From an uncultured bacterium (GTDB lineage: Bacteria > CAYUVA01): a DNA stretch of 64,000 nucleotides. Every line of letters starts with the position of its first letter. The first letter of the stretch is position 1. Location of the stretch: the NCBI GenBank assembly GCA_964448115.1, contig CAYUVA010000001.1, positions 62,001-126,000 of the forward strand. The letters run 5' to 3'. The translations under genes and the position numbers were made by a program. The notes beneath the pieces were generated by a model, which saw only the letters and a list, made by a program, of their open reading frames with translations, was not told the DNA's origin and did not search any database. This document shows, one piece after another, positions 58,578 to 64,000 of the stretch.

Positions 58578-61037
58578 CTAACCCAACTTCTTCTTTCTAT
58601 CTAAAAGGTTGTGAACCTTGTCGGTCAGCTCCTTTTCTGTAAATGGTTTTTGCAGAAAATGTCCCCCGGCGATTATATCCTCCAGCTCTCCGAATCTATC
58701 GCTGCTGTAGCCAGACATGTAAAGTATAATAATCTCGGGGAGGATCTCTTTGACAATTCCAGCCAGCTCGCGACCGCTCATCTGGGGCATAACGATATCG
58801 GTGAGCATAAGATGTATAGGTTCTTTATATTGGCGAATCAGTTTTAATGCTTCGGCGCCGTATTGAGCTTCGAGAACTTTATATCCCTTTGTTAGCAGGA
58901 CTGTTTTCACATATTCCCGAACCATGTCCTCATCCTCGACCACCAGGACGGTCTCGTTGCCGCCAATAAGAAGATGGTCCTTGTCCGTGGATATAAGTCT
59001 AGTTTTCTTCTCTTTTTCCAGGGGTAGCAGGATCTCGAAGGTAGTACCCCTTCCCAACTGGCTATCAAAGAATATGAATCCCCCCAGTTGTTTGATTATT
59101 CCATAAACGGTTGCCAGCCCCAAACCGGTTCCCTTGCCGATCTCTTTGGTTGTGAAGAAAGGCTCGAAGATGTGCCGTCTCACCTCATCGTCCATACCTG
59201 TGCCGGTGTCGGTAACTTCTATCTTGACATACCTGCCGGCAGGAATGGTTGCATTGCTCCTTAATTCGGGATTGGAGTATTGCATCTGGGAGGTGGTGAT
59301 GATCAGCTTACCTCCATTGGGCATAGCATCTCTTGAGTTAATTACCAGGTTCATGATCACCTGCTGCAACTGTCCGGGATCTGCTTTTACGAAACCAATA
59401 TCGGGATCCAACATGGTAACCAGCTCGATATCCTCTCCAATCACCCTGCGAAACATCTTATCCATATCGATTAGAATCGCATTTATATCTAGTATTTTCA
59501 TCTGAAGCATCTGCTTTCGACTAAAAGCGAGTAGCTGCCTGGTGAGCGTTGAGGCTCGTTTGGCAGCCTTGGATATCTGCTCGATCTTGTTGCGGTATTT
59601 ACTGTCCAAATAGCTATCACGAATCATTGAATCTGTATAGCCGAGTATCACGGTTAATAGATTATTAAAATCATGAGCGATTCCGCCGGCGAGCCGTCCC
59701 ACCGCCTCCATCTTCTGTGATTGGCGTAGTTGTTCCTCCATCTTGCGCTCGCGGCTCATATCTCTTATGACAGCCACATAGTTGACTATGTTACCCTCGG
59801 TATCCTTTACGGGAAGGAATGTAACATCAGCCTCGAATGTCGAACCATCTTTTCTTTTATTGCTCATAGTGCCATGCCACAAAGATCCCTTCTCAACGGT
59901 TGACCACATCTCTTTGCATATAGTGTCGCCTGCATCTTCTCCCTGAAGCCATTGAGGTATTCTCCCTATAGCCTCCTCTTTGCTGTAGCCACACATATTT
60001 TCGAAGGCAGGGTTTACATAGACGATCTTGCCTTGGGCATCGGTAATTATGATAGATTCGGTTAATTGCTCCACCACTGAACTAAGAAGTGCCTGAGTTC
60101 GTTCGATCTGTTTGCGTTCGGTGATATCGCGGACAATGATTGTGAAAAAGGTTCCCTTGTTTCGTTTCCATTTGGTGAATGAGAACTCCAGGGGAAACTC
60201 GCTGCCGTCGTCCCTGACTCCCACCATTTCCATTTTTGTCTCATAGACATGGGAGCCGCTGGAAGTATCGGCTTGATTCATATCGGTTTTCAATTGTTTC
60301 TTAAACAACCTCGATATTACCGAGCCAATCTCCTTTCCAAGCATCATTTCGGCTGGATATCCGAAGATCCTCTGAGCTGCCTTATTCCACAGGATAATAA
60401 TTCCTTTTTCATCGGTGGTGATTATACCATCGGAGGCGGTTTCCACCACGGAGCGAAACTTCTGTTCGTTATTCTCCAGCGCATGGAGTGTCTCTTTTAG
60501 CTCCTCGGTGCGCATGTCCACCAGTCTTTGGGTTGCTATGGCAAAAGAGGTCTGGGCACCAAATGTAATGAGCTGGTTAAGATCATCGAAGGTGAATGGA
60601 TCATCTGAATCATAACGACAAAGATTCAACAATCCTATCATCTGCTGGTTGAATACGAGAGGTACTGAAATGAGCGAACCTCGGTAGTATGGTTCGTGAT
60701 TTGTTTCTAGCATCCTTTTGTGAGATGCCAGATCCTTGAATAGACGAGGCTCTCCGCGCATGGCAAGCCTCCCGGACAGGCTCTCTCCGAGGGGGATTAC
60801 AGTCGAGCTAATACGCTCTTGCTCGATTCCAGCAAAGGCAGCGATCTGAAGGTATTGATTCTCCTCTATCAGTGAAAGAAGGATAGCAACATCGCAAGAG
60901 AACAATGCTCTAGCATTGTGGACCGTCCATTGCATCAGCTCATGGGACGTGGAAGCCTTTAAGGCATCCTTTCCCCAGCTCATCCCCTTCTCTTGGTCGA
61001 TTACTCGCTTGAGCAATGTTCTTCTGTAATCCTTCAT
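58578..61037 (-). CDS. Hybrid sensor kinase GAF-PAS-PAS-HisKA-HATPase-REC
   Basis: QKMEAVGRLAGGIAHDFNNLL, FEPFFTTK..GKGTGLGL, receiver domain VVEDE...TDIVMP. Confidence 0.95.
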   Translation of the reverse strand: MKDYRRTLLKRVIDQEKGMSWGKDALKASTSHELMQWTVHNARALFSCDVAILLSLIEENQYLQIAAFAGIEQERISSTVIPLGESLSGRLAMRGEPRLFKDLASHKRMLETNHEPYYRGSLISVPLVFNQQMIGLLNLCRYDSDDPFTFDDLNQLITFGAQTSFAIATQRLVDMRTEELKETLHALENNEQKFRSVVETASDGIITTDEKGIIILWNKAAQRIFGYPAEMMLGKEIGSVISRLFKKQLKTDMNQADTSSGSHVYETKMEMVGVRDDGSEFPLEFSFTKWKRNKGTFFTIIVRDITERKQIERTQALLSSVVEQLTESIIITDAQGKIVYVNPAFENMCGYSKEEAIGRIPQWLQGEDAGDTICKEMWSTVEKGSLWHGTMSNKRKDGSTFEADVTFLPVKDTEGNIVNYVAVIRDMSRERKMEEQLRQSQKMEAVGRLAGGIAHDFNNLLTVILGYTDSMIRDSYLDSKYRNKIEQISKAAKRASTLTRQLLAFSRKQMLQMKILDINAILIDMDKMFRRVIGEDIELVTMLDPDIGFVKADPGQLQQVIMNLVINSRDAMPNGGKLIITTSQMQYSNPELRSNATIPAGRYVKIEVTDTGTGMDDEVRRHIFEPFFTTKEIGKGTGLGLATVYGIIKQLGGFIFFDSQLGRGTTFEILLPLEKEKKTRLISTDKDHLLIGGNETVLVVEDEDMVREYVKTVLLTKGYKVLEAQYGAEALKLIRQYKEPIHLMLTDIVMPQMSGRELAGIVKEILPEIIILYMSGYSSDRFGELEDIIAGGHFLQKPFTEKELTDKVHNLLDRKKKLG

Positions 61038-61047
61038 TTTTTCATCA

Positions 61048-62127
61048 TTATGTTAAGTTGATTAGGATCTTCATCTGATCGTCCTTATTTGCCAACAAAG
61101 GGAGGATTCCATCCCTCACCGCTCGTTGAAGGCTTACCTTGCTTGATATCAATGGTAAGACCTGGATATCTGAGGTGACGATGAGTTTCATCGCCCGCGA
61201 GTACTCCTCAGGGGAGTGCCAGACCCAGGAGCCGATGACTCGTCTCTCCATGAGTACTATGTTGTTGAAATGGAAATTGGTCGGCTCAGCAAAGGTGCCT
61301 ACAATAACGGCTGTTCCTTCGGCTCTGGTCATCTCTACAGCTAAGGAAGCGGTATCTTCGAGCAAGCCGGTCTTGCTTCCACCGCTGCACTCGATGGCTA
61401 CATCAACTCCCTGTCCGTTGGTCAGCTCCAAGGTCCTATTGAGGGGATCTTCATCAATGGGATTTATAAGATGGTCCACTGCCCCTATCTGGCGTGCGAT
61501 ATCTATCCTTTTCGTGGCGATCTCGCTCATAATAACCATTTTTGCTCCAGCGATCTTTGCATATTGAGCTACTAGTTGTCCAATGGGTCCGCCACCTATC
61601 ACGGATACCGTATCTCCCTCGTTTACCATTGCTTGGTTCACGGCATGATAGGCAACTCCAGCCGGCTCTCCGAAGGCGACAAACTCCGCTGTAGATCCAT
61701 TTGGAATTTTTACACAATTAGCTGCTTTTACCACGGAATATTCCGCATGACCGCCATCTCCAATCAAGCCGTAATATGCAAGGGTTACGCAAAGATTGGG
61801 TCTGCCTTTTTTACATGCCGGGCACTGGCCACAAGCCAGTATCGGATTGACTGTAACCATGTCCCCTAGTGACAGCCCCTTGACAACGGAGCCGACCTTT
61901 TCGATCACTCCGCCGTACTCGTGTCCCATGATCTGGGGTGCACAACTGCCGGTGAGCGGATGCGGCTCAAGAGGTATAAATACAGGTCCGGCAACATATT
62001 CATGCACCTCGGAGCCGCAGATGCCAGAGTAGGTAACCTTTATCAACACCTCGTCATCCTTGGGCTCGGGCGCTGGGATCTCATCTACTCGAAGGTCTTT
62101 TTTTCCATGCCATCTTAACGCTTTCAT
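61048..62127 (-). CDS. Zn-dependent MDR dehydrogenase, 2,3-butanediol dehydrogenase-like
   Basis: MKALRWHG..DLRV, GICGSEVHEY..GP.FIP..PHPLTG, GHE, CGQCPAC structural Zn site, GGGPIG. Confidence 0.85.
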   Translation of the reverse strand: MKALRWHGKKDLRVDEIPAPEPKDDEVLIKVTYSGICGSEVHEYVAGPVFIPLEPHPLTGSCAPQIMGHEYGGVIEKVGSVVKGLSLGDMVTVNPILACGQCPACKKGRPNLCVTLAYYGLIGDGGHAEYSVVKAANCVKIPNGSTAEFVAFGEPAGVAYHAVNQAMVNEGDTVSVIGGGPIGQLVAQYAKIAGAKMVIMSEIATKRIDIARQIGAVDHLINPIDEDPLNRTLELTNGQGVDVAIECSGGSKTGLLEDTASLAVEMTRAEGTAVIVGTFAEPTNFHFNNIVLMERRVIGSWVWHSPEEYSRAMKLIVTSDIQVLPLISSKVSLQRAVRDGILPLLANKDDQMKILINLT

Positions 62128-62147
62128 AATGTCAACTCCTTATAATT

Positions 62148-62163
62148 TGATTGTTAACAATCA
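62148..62163. promoter_or_regulatory. Perfect 16-bp palindrome, putative operator
   Basis: TGATTGTTAACAATCA, 20 nt upstream of the dehydrogenase start. Confidence 0.55.
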
Positions 62164-62170
62164 TTAAGTA

Positions 62171-62186
62171 TGCATAGATCATTCCA
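62171..62186 (-). promoter_or_regulatory. Putative sigma54 promoter
   Basis: Minus strand TGGAATGATCTATGCA fits GG-N10-GC. Confidence 0.45.
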
Positions 62187-62496
62187 TTCAACGAATGTCA
62201 TATTAACATTTACTAAAATTACAAAAAGACCTTTGATATCAGTAAGATAATGGTTATTACCTTAGTAATTTAGGATAATCAAATGGCAAAAGGAATGGTT
62301 GAAATAAACTATTTTGGTTTTTAATGTGGTTTAATTGAACTATTCGAGCCAATCTTTAAGCAAATTTCATGAAGCATCCCACAAGGATTATTCAAAAATC
62401 GAGTTAAGCGGTTGCCAGGTACCCCGAATCATGCTATTGTAGTAATCGATTAAATGGCGAGGTTTAAGGAAAATAACAAGCTACAGGATAGATGAT

Positions 62497-63030
62497 ATGC
62501 TCATAACCTTTCGTGGCAATACACCTATGATACACGAGAGTTGCTTTATCGAGCCGAGTGCTCGCATCATCGGCGATGTCAACATCGGCGCTAATTCGAG
62601 CGTCTGGTTTAACGCGATCGTACGCGGGGATATCAACTACATAAGGATCGGTGAAAATACCAATATCCAGGACGCCTGTATAGTGCATGTAACCTCTGGT
62701 CGATTCCCAACCATCATCGGCAATAATGTTACCCTGGGACACGGAGCAATTGTACACGGTAGCCGCATCGGCGATGGAAGCCTCATTTCAATGGGATGCA
62801 TAGTACTTGATAACTGCGATATTGGAGAGAATGTTATCATCGGCGCCGGTTCTGTGGTTACTGAGGGGAGTCGCATTCCCTCTAATACACTAGTCTTAGG
62901 CGCGCCAGCAAGGGTGAAGCGACAGCTTACAGATCGGGATCTACAAAAGCTAAAGAATTACTGGAGCGAGTATGTCTCCTTAAAAGACGAGTACATGGCA
63001 GAAGAATATTACAGGAAGTTTCAAAAATGA
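62497..63030 (+). CDS. Gamma carbonic anhydrase family protein (YrdA/PaaY-like)
   Basis: IGDV.IG..SSVWFNAIVRGD, NIQD..VH, GHGAIVHG hexapeptide repeats. Confidence 0.93.
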   Translation: MLITFRGNTPMIHESCFIEPSARIIGDVNIGANSSVWFNAIVRGDINYIRIGENTNIQDACIVHVTSGRFPTIIGNNVTLGHGAIVHGSRIGDGSLISMGCIVLDNCDIGENVIIGAGSVVTEGSRIPSNTLVLGAPARVKRQLTDRDLQKLKNYWSEYVSLKDEYMAEEYYRKFQK

Positions 63031-63770
63031 GTTTACAGATTCCTGATACGCTTATCGAAAGACTCAAGGAGGCGCAAAGGGTCTGCATCATTACCGGCGC
63101 CGGCATCTCCGCAGAGAGTGGAGTCCCAACCTTCAGGGGCAAAGACGGCCTATGGAGGCAATACCGAGCCGAGGAGCTGGCTACCCCGCAGGCATTTGCA
63201 AGGGATCCGAAACTGGTCTGGGAGTGGTATAACTGGAGGCGGAGCCTGATCTACCCCTTGAAGCCTAATCCAGCCCATGAGGCGGTAACCGCGATGGATA
63301 GCCATTACCCAGATTTCTTGTTGATTACACAGAATGTCGATGGATTGCATAGAAAAGCTGGCACCCGACGAATGGTCGAGGTGCACGGCAATATCTGGCG
63401 GGTGCGCTGCACAAGGGAAGGGACGATCAGCGAACGCATCCAGCAGGATCTGGGCGAACTGCCACCTGTATGTGAGAAGTGCGGTGCTATCTTGAGACCG
63501 GATGTGGTCTGGTTCGGTGAGAGCCTCCCCCTTGAGGCATTGAATAGATCCATCGGTTTTGTGTCCGCCTGTGACTTGATGATCGTAATCGGCACCTCGG
63601 CAGTGGTGTATCCGGTCGCCGGGTTTCCCTGGACGGCTAAGCAAAAAGGTGCAACCGTGATCGAGATTAACGCGGAGCAAACGCCGATCACCGAAATTGC
63701 CGATTACTCGATGATCGGCAAGGCTGGGGAGATTATGCCGCTTTTGGTCAAAGGGCTAAGCAGAAAGTAG
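63027..63770 (+). CDS. cobB: NAD-dependent protein deacylase (sirtuin)
   Basis: TGAGISAESGVPTFRG, TQNVDGLH, HGN, RPDVVWFGE, GTSAVVYP. Confidence 0.95.
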   Translation: MSLQIPDTLIERLKEAQRVCIITGAGISAESGVPTFRGKDGLWRQYRAEELATPQAFARDPKLVWEWYNWRRSLIYPLKPNPAHEAVTAMDSHYPDFLLITQNVDGLHRKAGTRRMVEVHGNIWRVRCTREGTISERIQQDLGELPPVCEKCGAILRPDVVWFGESLPLEALNRSIGFVSACDLMIVIGTSAVVYPVAGFPWTAKQKGATVIEINAEQTPITEIADYSMIGKAGEIMPLLVKGLSRK

Positions 63771-64000
63771 GAATCCATTCTAATGACATTAAGCACTACA
63801 TCGCATATTAAGACCATCCCCCTAGCTCTATCCCAGAGTAGTTTTTTTCAAAAAGTGAAAGAAGCAATCCGATTTGTCTCTCCAAGCGATGGAGCTCTGG
63901 TAACTGAGTCGAAAAATCTCTTTATTTACAATACCTTACAGGGATCCCCCGACTTCGCTTCACTTGCTTCCGCTCCGCTCGGGGTGACACGGTGTACGGG

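Noticed and set aside
61048-62127. IolM (scyllo-inosose dehydrogenase) as the partner of iolN
   Set aside because: The N-terminus and HEY..GP.FIP..PHPLTG motif fit butanediol dehydrogenases, not IolM as I recall it.

Overview
64-kb chromosomal window of a diderm, probably anaerobic bacterium; it has a secretin, a TonB-dependent receptor, glpABC and tRNA-Sec, and one 100-N assembly gap at 9966-10065. Core-type content: the end of a type IV pilus PilN/O/P/secretin cluster, an IolN-type hydrolase, selC, nnr, glpABC, a TPR-TPR-ExbB-ExbD-kinase operon, apgM-fetAB, two ptb paralogues, sbcCD, a hybrid kinase, a butanediol-type dehydrogenase, a gamma-CA and cobB. Accessory content: secreted modular proteins, IS remnants and several REP/MITE-like repeat families. 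The best leads are: (1) an FmdB zinc-ribbon gene whose TGA is probably selenocysteine, with a SECIS-like hairpin in the 3' UTR; (2) a ~105-aa domain present four times in three unrelated surface-type proteins, a possible lineage-specific sorting or anchoring module; (3) a secreted caspase-like protein lacking its catalytic His, whose FN3-like domain appears split, with the first strand moved to the C-terminus; (4) a HmuY / TonB receptor / exported CbiX / porin cassette behind a 163-bp tandem repeat carrying DtxR-type boxes; (5) a 62-bp hairpin array spanning the gap. All family calls come from motif recognition by eye; no database searches were run.
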